Assembly (NCBI GenBank): GCA_039621445.1
Contig: CP154954.1
Coordinates: 39,889,816 to 39,944,398 of the forward strand
Origin: Euglena gracilis
Lineage: Eukaryota
DNA: 54,583 nt
Direction: 5' to 3'
The notes under the pieces were generated by a model. The model did no database searches. It saw only the letters and a list, made by a program, of their open reading frames with translations, and had not been told where the DNA came from. Below, one piece after another: positions 26,101 to 35,820 of the stretch; positions within the stretch are counted from its first letter, which is position 1, and every line of letters starts with the position of its first letter. Both the position numbers and the translations under genes were made by a program.

Positions 26101-26879
26101 AATGTTTTTTTTTTGGAGATAATTAAGCATGGGGGGTGTCTCTTTGGCTCGGGGCGGCTCACGGTTTTGATTTTTTCCCTCCTCGCCAGTGAACGTTTTT
26201 TGAGCCCGCCCAGCTTTGGCTTTGGTGGGGGATTGGCAATTTTCAGGTTGGGGCGCAGCTTAAGAAAATTTGATCCCATGGGGGGTTCCAGCCCAGGGTT
26301 CGATATAAGGAGGGCGCCCAGGGTTCAGGTGTGGTCTGGACCCCCCCCCCCACCCCCCTCCTGGACCACCCTGCCAAGGGGGTCCGGACCAACCCTGGGG
26401 GGTTCCGGGACCCCCCACCCCCACCTGCCTTGAGATCGAACCCGGCTCCAGCCAGCCAGCAGCCTTTTTTCCAGCATGGGACCCCCTCCCGCCCTCAACG
26501 AGTTTTATTTATTTCCAGCCTCCCTTTGGGGGGGGGGCAAAAAAATGGGCCAAAAATGGACAAAAATGGCGAAATTGGAAAAGGGCTGGTCAGGGCAAAT
26601 TTGGGCCCTTTTCTTTGCATGATTGGCAGTTGTTTTGGATTTTTTTTTGCCATTTCGATTTTTTTTTTGGTGCCTGCTTCGACAGGACCGGGAGGGGGCA
26701 GGGGTCAGCCAGCAGCCTTATTCCAGCCAAGCCAATTTTCCAGCTTCTGAGCTGGACCTCCATCCTTAAGCTACGCCCTGGCCCAGGGAACTGCAACGGC
26801 GCATGGCGCTGTGCCCTGCGCACGGCCCAATGCCCTGAAGAGGGCGTGGCGGAAGCTGAAGCGCAAGCTGCACCGGTGA
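17169..26879 (+). CDS. Multi-exon gene (5'-partial) for an uncharacterised multi-pass membrane protein with a CxxC-x19-CxxC motif and a Pro/Ala-rich then basic C-terminus, ~383 aa
   Basis: Exons 17169-17259 (or 17265), 17380-17406, 17560-17576, 18319-18420, 18495-18532, 18819-18877, 19117-19196, 20268-20330, 21090-21148, 21962-22009, 22528-22614, 22783-22850, 23268-23375, 23738-23871, 24369-24483 and 26824-26879 join in phase to 1152 nt, mostly GC3-rich, ending TGA. Translation includes LLEYWWLLETPAERTAKEIQVRHAVADPGLCARCHHRRLGMVQAEVAGRSVPLCPACRFATFESAL, GWWLVPLLLAPIVAAGWTILP, LAWLAVVTTYSWLYVDCL and RPNALKRAWRKLKRKLHR*. The first four exons are less certain. Confidence 0.8.
18421..18494 (+). 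other. Nonconventional (euglenid-type) intron, 74 nt
   Basis: c|gag CAGGCTG...CAGCCTG acgcc|g; whole intron folds as a hairpin; joins ...QLL|EYWW in frame. Confidence 0.75.
18533..18818 (+). other. Nonconventional intron with perfect 14-bp TIR
   Basis: c|aac CAGGGCAGAACGGG ... CCCGTTCTGCCCTG ggggc|g; joins ERT|AKEIQ in frame. Confidence 0.85.
18878..19116 (+). other. Nonconventional intron, CAC...GTG variant
   Basis: c|gcc CACGCCCTTCCTTA ... TAACGAAGGGCGTG ggacc|a (13/14 paired); joins CARC|HHRRLG in frame. Confidence 0.85.
19350..19504. mobile_element. MITE family E, short copy, TA TSD (Tc1/mariner-like)
   Basis: ta|cccgcccc..ttgtcgtacg ... cgtacaacaa..ggggcggg|ta; internal acgaccacccc..ggtcacag repeats shared with 25610-25869. 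Confidence 0.75.
20527..20832 (+). mobile_element. MITE family A (hAT-like)
   Basis: TIR caggctgtatttt / aaaaaacagcctg; near-identical to 25062-25361 and, inverted, to 34343-34637. Confidence 0.9.
21307..21739 (+). mobile_element. MITE family B (hAT-like)
   Basis: TIR cagggtttgatataagga / tccttatatcgaaccctg; near-identical copy at 32091-32494. Confidence 0.9.
21823..21927. repeat. Compound (ATC)n-(GTT)n-(ATC)n microsatellite
   Basis: Trinucleotide runs read directly. Confidence 0.9.
22010..22527 (+). other. Nonconventional intron that is a recognisable MITE with near-intact 8-bp TSD
   Basis: TIR CAGGGTTGTATGGGAA / TTCCCATACAAGCCTG (15/16); flanks tggctggc / cggctggc (7/8); joins LAWL|AVVTT; related element at 33116-33885. 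Confidence 0.9.
22615..22782 (+). other. Nonconventional intron, CGG...CCG variant
   Basis: c|aat CGGGGTGCCCTTTGC ... GCAGAGGGCCCTCCG ccgcc|a (12/15); joins CTA|AVAAIV, whereas the nearby GT-AG pair would shift the frame. Confidence 0.75.
23376..23737 (+). other. Probable nonconventional intron
   Basis: CAGGCCCGTCCCCC / GGGGGGCCGGCCTG (12/14); joins LLL|EVPAPF in frame; 5' junction is g|g rather than Y|R, so the exact boundary is uncertain. Confidence 0.6.
23872..24368 (+). other. Nonconventional intron (an in-frame GC-AG alternative 23878-24329 also exists)
   Basis: c|ggg CAGGCCCTTCCTGAAG ... CTTTGGCAACGGCCTG tcgct|g; joins LWPA|ARRAEP. Confidence 0.65.
24555..24801 (+). mobile_element. 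MITE family C, diverged copy
   Basis: caggggttttttt ... aaaaacccctg; perfect 8-bp TSD ctcctttc. Confidence 0.9.
25062..25361 (+). mobile_element. MITE family A
   Basis: TIR as above; perfect 8-bp TSD ggctgtgc. Confidence 0.93.
25610..25869. mobile_element. MITE family E, TA TSD
   Basis: ~25-bp TIR cccc..tcccctagtcgtacgacc / ggtcgtacgactaggggagggg; TA on both sides; 4 internal ccggtcacaggttgcagg repeats. Confidence 0.88.
26294..26445 (+). mobile_element. Short family B-like MITE nested in an older element (~26249-26780)
   Basis: cagggttcgatataagg ... ccttgagatcgaacccgg; TSD ttccagcc/ctccagcc. Confidence 0.75.
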
Positions 26880-26882
26880 ACG

Positions 26883-26884
<2 letters not shown>

Positions 26885-26959
<75 letters not shown>

Positions 26960-26987
26960 GGGGGGGGGGGGGGGGGGGGGGGGGGGT

Positions 26988-27021
<34 letters not shown>

Positions 27022-27119
27022 GTTGGGGGGGGGGGGGGGGGGGGGGGTTGTTTTTGGGGGTGGGTGGGGGGGGGGGGGGGGGAGGGGGGGGGGGGGGGGG
27101 GGGGGGGGGGTGTTGGGGG
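26885..27119 (+). repeat. ~235-nt near-pure poly-G tract immediately after the stop codon
   Basis: Read directly; exact length probably unreliable. Confidence 0.9.
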
Positions 27120-27458
27120 TGATGAGCAGCACCGCGCACAAGTCAGGAACCACGTGTCGATTTCCAGGGCAGAATGGGAATCCCGGAACCCCAATGAGGG
27201 TGGGGGTGGGGGGGGAGGTTGATCCCCCAGCCTTTCCCAGGTTTCCACAGGCGCCAATTCTCGAGGTCGTTTCATTCGCTTGCAGGCAGGTAGTCCCCAC
27301 TCACCGCAGTCAAGGTGAGTTTTTTCCCCCACAAATCCACAAAATTTTCTGAAAAGAAAACATTTGTTGCAAAACGCCGGGAAGAAAAAATTTGGTTCCA
27401 GGGGTGCCCCACCCCCTCGGCCTGATAGGGGAGGAGGGGATTGGTTCATTTCAGGAGC

Positions 27459-27744
27459 CAGGGATTTTTTTAAGTTTGGACCCCCGGGGGGGGGGAGGGG
27501 GGGGGTAGGGTGGGTGGGTCCGCCGGACCCCCTCCCCCCGGGGGGGGTCCCCCCAGAGGGGGGTGGGATATACTTTTCGGCGCCGCAGGCGCCGAAAAAA
27601 TTCTATTTTTAGCACTTTTCGCGATTTTTCGGCCATTTTTTGTGGGTCCCCCGGGACCCCCTCCCCCCCCAGGGGGGGCCCCCCAAGGGGGTGGGTGGGT
27701 GGGGGGGGACCCCCCCTCCCCCCCCGGTCTTAAAAAAACCCCTG
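27459..27744 (+). mobile_element. MITE family C
   Basis: TIR cagggatttttttaag / cttaaaaaaacccctg; perfect TSD tcaggagc. Confidence 0.93.
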
Positions 27745-29230
27745 TCAGGAGCCCCTCAAATAATATTCTGGTGGGTTGACTCACACGGGGGGTTGACACT
27801 GAGGGGGAGGCGGTCTGGGACTGCCCCCCCCCCCCTAATGAATACCCTGCCTCCCTCCTCCTGGGTGGGTGGGCTGCCTCCCCCACCAGGGGCCGACCGG
27901 GGGGGGGGTCGGGGTTTTCTTGAGTTGGAGGTGACCCTGTTCCCCCTGGGGGGGACCAGCCTCCCAGCACTTCCCTGCCGGGCTGCGGACCCCCCACAGA
28001 GGGTTCCGCTGGATAAAAGTGTTGGCCAGTCCAACGAAGCTGGCTGGACGAAACCTTTTTTCCCGATGCATTGCACTGGGAAGTGTTTGCTCAAAGATGA
28101 CCAAAAATGACATTTTTGGGGAGATTTTGGGGGTTTCTTGCCTCCAAATTTTGGCTGCCGAATGCCAACCTGGCTGGATTTGGTTTTTTTTGCCTGTTTC
28201 CCAGCTGTCTGCGGCTGGGCTCCCCTGGACACTGGGGGTCCAGTCCTTGAGAAACAAATGGGTGCCCACATGGCTTTTCTTGTGGATCAGCCCTGTGGTT
28301 GATCCAGCATTGTTGCCCACGCGCAGGTCCACCCACCCAAGGATTGTAATACCTTGCATTATAAATTTATGTCCACCTTGCAGACATGCACTCAAACACA
28401 CTAACCTTTGCACACAAAAGATGTAAATATGCACAATATACACATACTGATGGAGATCGAGATAGAGACAGATGGATACAAATACATATAAAAAATACAT
28501 TTTATTTCCACCTTCGCACACCACATATATGCATGCACATGTTTGCATATTGATCAAATTATCATTTTTGTTTCCTGAGAATGACTCTGCTTGCAATCCT
28601 TGGCACAATCCGATCGGACTGTCTATCGATCAGACTGTGGGGCTGGCACCCAGTGTGCCCATGGGCGTGGTGGAGGAGCAGAATGGGGGGAACAACACCC
28701 CCCCCCCAACATATGGCACAAAGTGTGGCCCCATACCTGGGGTATGGGGGGTGCAGGGGGGGGCATGGGGGGGGGGGAGGGTTTGGGGATTTTTTCAAGG
28801 AGTTTATGGCCCCCGGACACTCGAACAGTTTCATACGGCGCGTGATTTGCCCACAGAAAAAGTCGGTACACAAAGATGAGGTTTTTTTTGTTGCCGGGGG
28901 GGGGGGGGTCGGGGGTGGGGGGCCCTGGGCACTCGAACAGTTTCATATGTCATTTTTGGCTCAAAAACAGGTTTTCCGGGTCTGGGAGGCTGAAAAGCAT
29001 GGTTTCGGACAAAAAATTTTCGTGATTTTTCCGACTTTTTTGCCCATTTTTTTTGACTCAAACACCGAAAGGCACTCAATTTCGGTGCGAAAACAGGTTT
29101 TACGGGTCCGGGAGGCCAAAAAACATGGTTTCAGGCAAAAAAAATTGGGGTATGGGGGGGGGTACGGGGTATGGGGGGGGGGTACGGGGTATGGGGGGGT
29201 ACGGGGGCACGGGGTATGGGGGGCGCAAGG

Positions 29231-30727
29231 CGGTAGACTGGGGGGGGGGTAGTGGGTAGTCGGCCGACTAGTCGGCCGACTACCCAATTGGTCCACCGAC
29301 TAGTCCTAGTCGGTAGCTAGTCGGCGAGACAGGGGGGGGGGGGTAGTGGGTAGTCGGCCAACTAGTCGGCCGACTACCCACTCTAATGTACTAACGGGTC
29401 AAAACCGCCGACTTTTAAGCCCCCCCCCATGAACAAAATCCAATGCAAACTAGTCGGTGGCTAGTCGGCGGTCATAAAAATGGTCTGTGGCGGGCCCAAA
29501 TCACCCGGAAATGGTCCGGATGGGTCCAAATAAGTGTCTTACGCCTAAATAAACACCCCCAGATGGAAATCTTTGGTCAGTGGGGGGTCGGTGGGCCCTT
29601 GATGGGGGTCCGGAGGGGTAAAAAACCAATGATGAAACAGGGATTACATTAAAATCCTTTAGAAATGCAATCTGCAATCTGCGTTTTGCATCACGAGAGG
29701 CAGAAAACTCCCCCCTCCACCCCAATCCGAGACTCAAATAACAAAATCCCTTCTGTGTTGGCAACGTACTCGGGGGCTAAGTCGTTTTTGTGGCTCACTT
29801 TGGCATAGGCGGGGGGGGCTCCGCCCCCCCCCGCACCTGCCCCCTCAAATAACAAAATCCCTTCTGTGTTGGCAACATACTCGGGGGCTAAGTCGTTTTT
29901 GTGGCTCACTTTGGCATAGGCGGGGGGGTGGCTCCGCCCCCGCCGCACCCCGCCCTCAAATACCAAAATCCCTTCTGTGTTGGCAACATACTCGGGGGCT
30001 AAGTCGTTTTTGTGGCTCACTTTGGCATAGGCGGGGGGGGCTCCGCCCCCCCCGCACCCCCCCCTCAAATAACAAAATCCCTTCTCTGTTGGCAACATAT
30101 TCGGGGGCTAAGTCGTTTTTGTGGCTCACTTTGGCATAGGCGGGGGGGCTCCGCCCCCCCCCCCGCAGCTCCACCCTCAAATAACAAAATCCCTTCTGTG
30201 TTGGCAACATACTCGGGGGCTAAGTCGTTTTTGTTGCTTACTTTGGCATAGGCGGGGGGGGCTCCGCCCCCCCCCGCACCCCCCCCCTCAAATAACAAAA
30301 TCCCTTCTATGTTGGCTATAGACTTGGGGGATAAGACCCTTTTTTTGTGCAAATTTTGACTTATATTGAAAATTCAATGGGGAGAGGTGTACTTTTGTCA
30401 AAAGTGGCCCAAAATGGACATTTTCCCCCAATTTTTTTGCATATTCACCCCCGATTGGGGGGTTCTGGAGCCATTTGGGTCGGTTTTGACCGGCGTTGAG
30501 GTGATTTAGACATTTTTTTTTACCAGGGGGGGGGCTTAAAAGTCGGCGGTTTTGACCCGTTAGTACATTAGAGTGGGTAGTCGGCCGACTAGTCGGCCGA
30601 CTACCCACTACCCCCCCGCCGACTAGCCACCGACCAATTAGTCGGCCGACTAGTCGGTGGACCAATTGGGTAGTCGGCCGACTAGTCGGCCGACTACCCA
30701 CTCCCCCCCCCCCCCCCCAGTCTACCG
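29231..30727. mobile_element. Foldback-like element with ~200-bp TIRs built from TAGTCGGCCGAC palindromic units and an internal tandem array
   Basis: 29231-29428 is the reverse complement of ~30527-30727; TSD ambiguous (possibly TA within cggTAccg). Confidence 0.85.
29733..30318. repeat. ~111-bp tandem repeat, 5 full units plus a partial
   Basis: ctcaaataacaaaatcccttctgtgttggcaacatactcgggggctaagtcgtttttgtggctcactttggcataggcggggggg repeated. Confidence 0.95.
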
Positions 30728-30891
30728 TTTGGCACTGGTATGGGGGAGGCATGGGGGCTCCACTTTGTGCCATGATTCCCCCCTCCTGGCTGGGTAATCC
30801 CTGGAGGGTTGAGTTTTGACTGGACTCCCTTGTTGATTTTTCCCCTTCTTTGTTTTCTGCTTTGAATGAGTGAAGAAACAGAGTTTGGAAT

Positions 30892-31188
30892 CAGGCTTAT
30901 GCTCAGTCGGGTGCCTACCCCACGGGGGGGGGGGGGGCTGCTGGGGGGCAGGCACCCTATATCACCCGATCCGACCCCCCCCCCCCGGGGGAGGTGAGGT
31001 TTTTGGGGGGGCACCTGACCATAGCAGGCATTCCCCTCCGACCCTGGCGCCGAAGGCGCCGGGACCTGGAAGAGGCTAATTTTCAACGAAAATTTTCTGG
31101 GTCCCCCCGGACCCCCCCCCCTCCTGGGGTGTGCCGGTGTGCCTGCTGGGGCAGGCACCTTCTAGCACCCACCGTGAGCACAAGCCAC
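30892..31188 (+). mobile_element. MITE family D
   Basis: caggcttatgctca ... tgagcacaagcc; homologous to ~33560-33820 and, inverted, to 46915-47209. Confidence 0.75.
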
Positions 31189-32090
31189 ACAAAAATGTTA
31201 TTATAGCTTTCAAGACCCATGAAAACCCGCACACATTGCAGGAAGAAAAGCAATTGCCAGTCCCCAATGACGTTGTGTTTGAAAATTTCCACAGCAGGGG
31301 AGATTCGGCATTTGGGAAGGCTGGGGTTTGGCCAATTACCCCCCCAATTTGCCCCCCCCCCCCCATATGAGGCCCCGGAAGCCAACACCCCGAAGGGGCC
31401 TTATATGGGGGGGCCTTGGCATTTATTTGTTTCATCTTTGGCCATTGAAGCAAACTCGTCTCTCACGGTGATTACCCAGCCAGCCCCCCCCCTCCGTGCC
31501 CAGACCAGAACCGGAACGGCCTGGCCTTTTTTTTGGGGTGGGAGGGTCCCCTCGTCCCCACGTTGTGCCCCCCCCTTGTCCAATGATATCATGTCTCCCC
31601 CAACCAGGTCAGGGGACACCTTTTCGAATATTTGGCCAGATTTTTGGCCCGACGCAAAGTTCTGGGCCGAATAAGTTTGAGTCCAAAATCCACCAAGAAT
31701 TGGCCGAAGTGCTATTTTTTGGGGGGCATTTTTGCCCAAAAAATTCCTTGCCCCACCAATTTGCCCCATCCCATCTCATTTGCCCAAACTTTTCGGTGCA
31801 AAGCGCCGAAAGGAAAGATTTGGCATGTGGCAGTTGGTAGTGATTTGGTAGGTGGTATTTGGGTGGCAGGGGGTAGTTGAATATTTCGTTTTGCAAATTT
31901 GCCCCGGCCCCTTTGGTGCCATGGTCTGAATTTTATGAATTGCCGCAGACCATGCGCATGGGTGTGGTGGGAGGGTTGCAATCCCCGGGTTTCCTGTTCT
32001 GGCCTGGCTATGCCACGGGCTGACTGTGATGCAATGCACCTCCGATCCGAGCCTTTTTTTTGGTTGGATTGGGGGGCAAGGGGGCACCCC

Positions 32091-32494
32091 CAGGGTTTGA
32101 TATAAGGAGGGCGTACATGGTTTAGGTGGGGGGTGTCCCCCCCCCTCCTGGCCCGCAGGGGGGGTCCGGACCCCCCACCTGCCAGGGGGGTCCGGACCGA
32201 CCCTGGGGGGCAAAAATTGACCCCCCCCAGAAAGGGTCAATTTTTTCCTCCGGCGCTTCGCGCCGAAAATTTTTTGCATTTTTGGCACATTTTTGCCCAA
32301 AAAGTGCCCAAAATGGCACTTTTGGTCGTTTTGGGGGGTCAAAAATTTTCGGCCCGGCGCTTCGCGCGGGGCCGAAATTCGGCCACCCTGACCGCGCACC
32401 TGTTTAGGAGGGGGGGGTCCCCCCACCCCCCCCCCCCCCGGCCCCCAGGGGGGGTCCGGACCACCCCCCCCACCTGTCTTTATATTGAACCCTG
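32091..32494 (+). mobile_element. MITE family B
   Basis: TIR cagggtttgatataa / ttatattgaaccctg; TSD ggcacccc/ggcacttc. Confidence 0.9.
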
Positions 32495-32780
32495 GGCACT
32501 TCCCGGAGTGTCCCTCATTTTCGGCTCCGTAAATATTGCACCAAGCCAGCTCCCCCAACCCCCCTCCCCCCGGCAGCAGGTGCCAACCCACCTCCCCTAA
32601 ATCCTAACTCAAAACCCAAGCAGGAACACTCCAGAATCTCCCCAGCAAAGGAGCGAACCCTGCACCAAACCTCAAACGCGATGAATTTTTTCAGCAATGC
32701 CGCAGGGACACCTGAAACACCGTGCATCCTGTGGGGGGGGGGAGAGGCCCAAAAATGCGCAATGGACCTGCACTCCGATT

Positions 32781-33042
32781 CAGGGGTTTTTTTCAGTCGG
32801 GGCCCCCCGGGGGGGGGGGGGCAGGGTGGGTGGGTCCGGCCGAGCCCCCCCGGGGGGGTCCCCCCGGAGGGGGGTGGGATATACTTTTCTGCGCCACAGG
32901 CACGAAAAAAATTCTATTTTTAGCACTTTTCGCGATTTTTCGGCCACTTTTTTGTGGGTCCCCCGGGACCCCCCGGGGGGGCCCCCCAGGGGGTGGGTGG
33001 GTGGGGGGACCCCCCTCCCCCCCGGTCTTAAAAAAACCCCTG
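32781..33042 (+). mobile_element. MITE family C
   Basis: caggggttttttt ... aaaaaaacccctg; perfect TSD ctccgatt. Confidence 0.92.
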
Positions 33043-33115
33043 CTCCGATTGTTGTCCTCCCTGAATGGTGGTGCATCACATCACAGCCAACCAGCCCCTG
33101 TGTGGGCGACCCCCC

Positions 33116-33885
33116 CAGGGTTGTATGGGAAGCTCCGCAGACATGAGGTAAACCCTCCCCCGAAATAATCCCCCCTCCAAATAATACCCCCCCCCCAAAC
33201 AATACCCCCTCCAAATTATACCCCCCCCCCCCCAAACAATACCCCCCTCCCCCTGGGGTTCGACTTCGGCCACCAAATTAATACCCCCCCCCCCAAATCT
33301 CGGGCCGACGACCCGGATTTTGACTGAAAATTTGGGTAAAAATCACATTCTCTGACAACAAATTACGAAAAAAATTGATTTTTTTACTGAATCACTGGCC
33401 TCCAAAAATGCTAAATTTTATGAGAAAGGACAAAAACGACCCCAAAGGGGGTTTTGGTGCTATTTTGGGTCTTACGGGACTTCGAAAAATTCCGAAAAAA
33501 TAATTTTTTGACCGAAGAAACGGCCGAAATTTGCAGCGACCGAAAACTGGAGGTAGGAGGAGGGTTGTGTTTAGTCGGGTGCCTACCCATGGGGGGGGGC
33601 TGCTGGGGGCAGGCACCCTCTGGCACCCGATCCGACCCCCCCCCCCCGGGAGGTGGGGTTTTTGGGGGGTGTCCCCCTCCGACCCTGGTGCCGAAGGCCC
33701 GGAAGAGGCCATTTTCAATGAAAATTTTCTGGGTCCCCCCGACCCCCCGGGGGGGGGGGGACACAGAAGCCAGACAAGAAGCCTTAGGTGCGGGGGGCAG
33801 GCACCCTATAAGCACAAGTGCTCCCCCCACCCCCCCAGTTTTGGAAGGGGGTCCCCCCCCCCTCGGAGATTCCCATACAAGCCCG
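33116..33885 (+). mobile_element. MITE sharing TIRs with intron 22010-22527, with a nested family D copy
   Basis: cagggttgtatgggaa ... gagattcccatacaagcccg; internal ccccaaataatacccc-type repeats at 33160-33300. Confidence 0.8.
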
Positions 33886-34292
33886 CCCCCCCCCCCAAAC
33901 CCCCCCAATCCCCCCAACCCCCCCCCACCACCACCAGGGCCATGGGCACCAAGTGGTGCTGGCCCCTGGCGCGGGTGGTGGCCCCCTGGACGGAAGACGC
34001 TGCCTCCCCCGACCACCTTGGCCAACGCCTCCGCCGACCACCTTGGCCAACGCCTCCGACGACTGCGCCACAGCGTCGCCCACCGCCACAGCCCACCACA
34101 GCCTACCACAGCGTCGCCCACCGGACATCTCGCCCTTCAGCCTTCAGTGCCCCCCGGTTCCCCAGTTTCAGCCAGGCCACTGTTTTTTTCCCCCTTGCTC
34201 AAAGGACTCGGCGGTTCTGGGAGGGGGTTGCTGGGGTTGGAACCAGGACGTCGCTTAAACTGAAGGCCCCACCCCCAGGGACAGATGGGAAG

Positions 34293-34880
34293 CAGGCTGC
34301 ATTTTTAAGGCGGTGCCGACCCCACTCGGCCTGGGCAGGCACCATGCTGTTTTTTTTTACCAACCCCGGGGGGAGGGGGGGTCCGGAGTGCCTGTGAGTG
34401 CCTGCCCAGGCAGGCACTACCCCCCCCCCGGGGGGGTGGGGTCGCATTTCGGCCTGTGCCCGGGCACATTCCTTTGAAAATAGGCCATTTTTGGCTCCCC
34501 GGGCCCGGGTTGTGCTAGGGCACTTTTGGCCGTGTGCCCCCCCCCCCCCCGGGGGTCGGATTTGGAGCGCCTTGGGGTGCCTGCCCAGGCAGGGACCCCC
34601 CCCGGGTGGGGTCGGCACCCGACTATAATACAGCCTGGCAGGCACCCCAAGGCAGATCCAACCCGGGGGGGGAGGGAGTAGACATGGCCAAAACTGGCTG
34701 GGCACTTGGCCAAGGCCCTTCCGGTGCCTCAGGCGCCGGATGCCCAGAAAAACCCACCGTTGGGCGCTTTTTGGTCCACGGCCAGGCAGGCACCGACCCG
34801 GGGGGGGGGGCTGTCTGCCCAGGCACTCCAGGGCATTCCGAGGCACCCCTTCCCCCCCAGGGTTGGCAAACCCTAGCCTG
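34293..34880 (+). mobile_element. Older family A-related MITE with a young family A copy (34343-34637, inverted) nested inside
   Basis: Outer caggctg...tagcctg with TSD atgggaag/atgggatt; inner perfect TSD gcaggcac. Confidence 0.85.
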
Positions 34881-35820
34881 ATGGGATTTCAGGCTGAATC
34901 CCATCCTGTCGGCATTAAGGAAGGGGGTGGGGAGCAGACAATTTTTTAAGCACTATCCCACCCCCCTCCAGGCTTCCCATTCATCCCTGCCCTTCTTGGG
35001 GGGGGTCCATCAGTCAGCAGCCTTTTTCCAACCAGCCCAAATGAACTCGACCCCCCCCACAGGGTTGCTAAGCGACGCCCTGGCACACACACATTGGTAG
35101 AGAATGGGCCAATGCTCTGTGCAATTTTTGTTTTGTTGTTTTTGGTGGGTCTCTGGCAGGGTGCTGGTTGGGTTGGTTTTGTGTGCAGGGGGGGGGAGGG
35201 GTGCAGACCATCCCCCACCCTTCTGACGCAAGGTGTTCTGCACCTCCGTCCAACCCCCCCCCCAGGGGGGTTGCCGTGGGTGGAGCCTTGCAACCAGGAC
35301 CAGGAAGACCTTCAGAAAATGTGACCTCCTCTGGGGGCCAGCCTGCCAGCAGCCCTTTTCCAGCCCGGGACCCCTGGGGGGGGGAGGGGTCAGCCAGCCC
35401 AAATTTTCCGGCTTCTGAGCTGAATCCCCTGGGGTTGTCGTTTAAAGAACGCTCTGTTTGCAACCCAAAAAGTTTTTCCCCTGACATTTGCATTGAAAAA
35501 CATATTTATGGTCTTTTATGTATTCATCCCTCAAAAAAGGAGAGCACTAAAATACCCATCGTGGGACGAAGCCCAAACCAAGCCCAAATTTGAAACTGCG
35601 ATTTTGGGGATACTCCAAATCTCAAAAAGATCTGGCGCTTTCCATAAAACCCTGGCTGTGTTTGCAGAAGAAAACGGGCCTGCCTGTGAGTGAGCCCGCT
35701 GCATCACCATCCTCAACGCTGCCGCTGCCGCTGCCGCTGCTCCGCCACCGACTGCATGGCCACAGCCCACAGCCCACACCACAACCACCCACACCACCCA
35801 CCCCACCCCCACCTGCCCCG

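Larger units (their letters stand above)
24484..26823 (+). other. 2.3-kb nonconventional intron filled with nested MITEs
   Basis: c|agc CAGGGCACA ... TGTGCCCTG cgcac|g; joins AQP|RPNALKRAWRKLKRKLHR* in the GC3-rich frame. Confidence 0.75.

Noticed and set aside
26590-27449. Poly-Pro and poly-Gly ORFs
   Set aside because: Simple translation of the poly-G tract
33950-34180. Exon-like GC-rich stretch with short direct repeats
   Set aside because: All three + frames are open and no splice boundaries could be resolved
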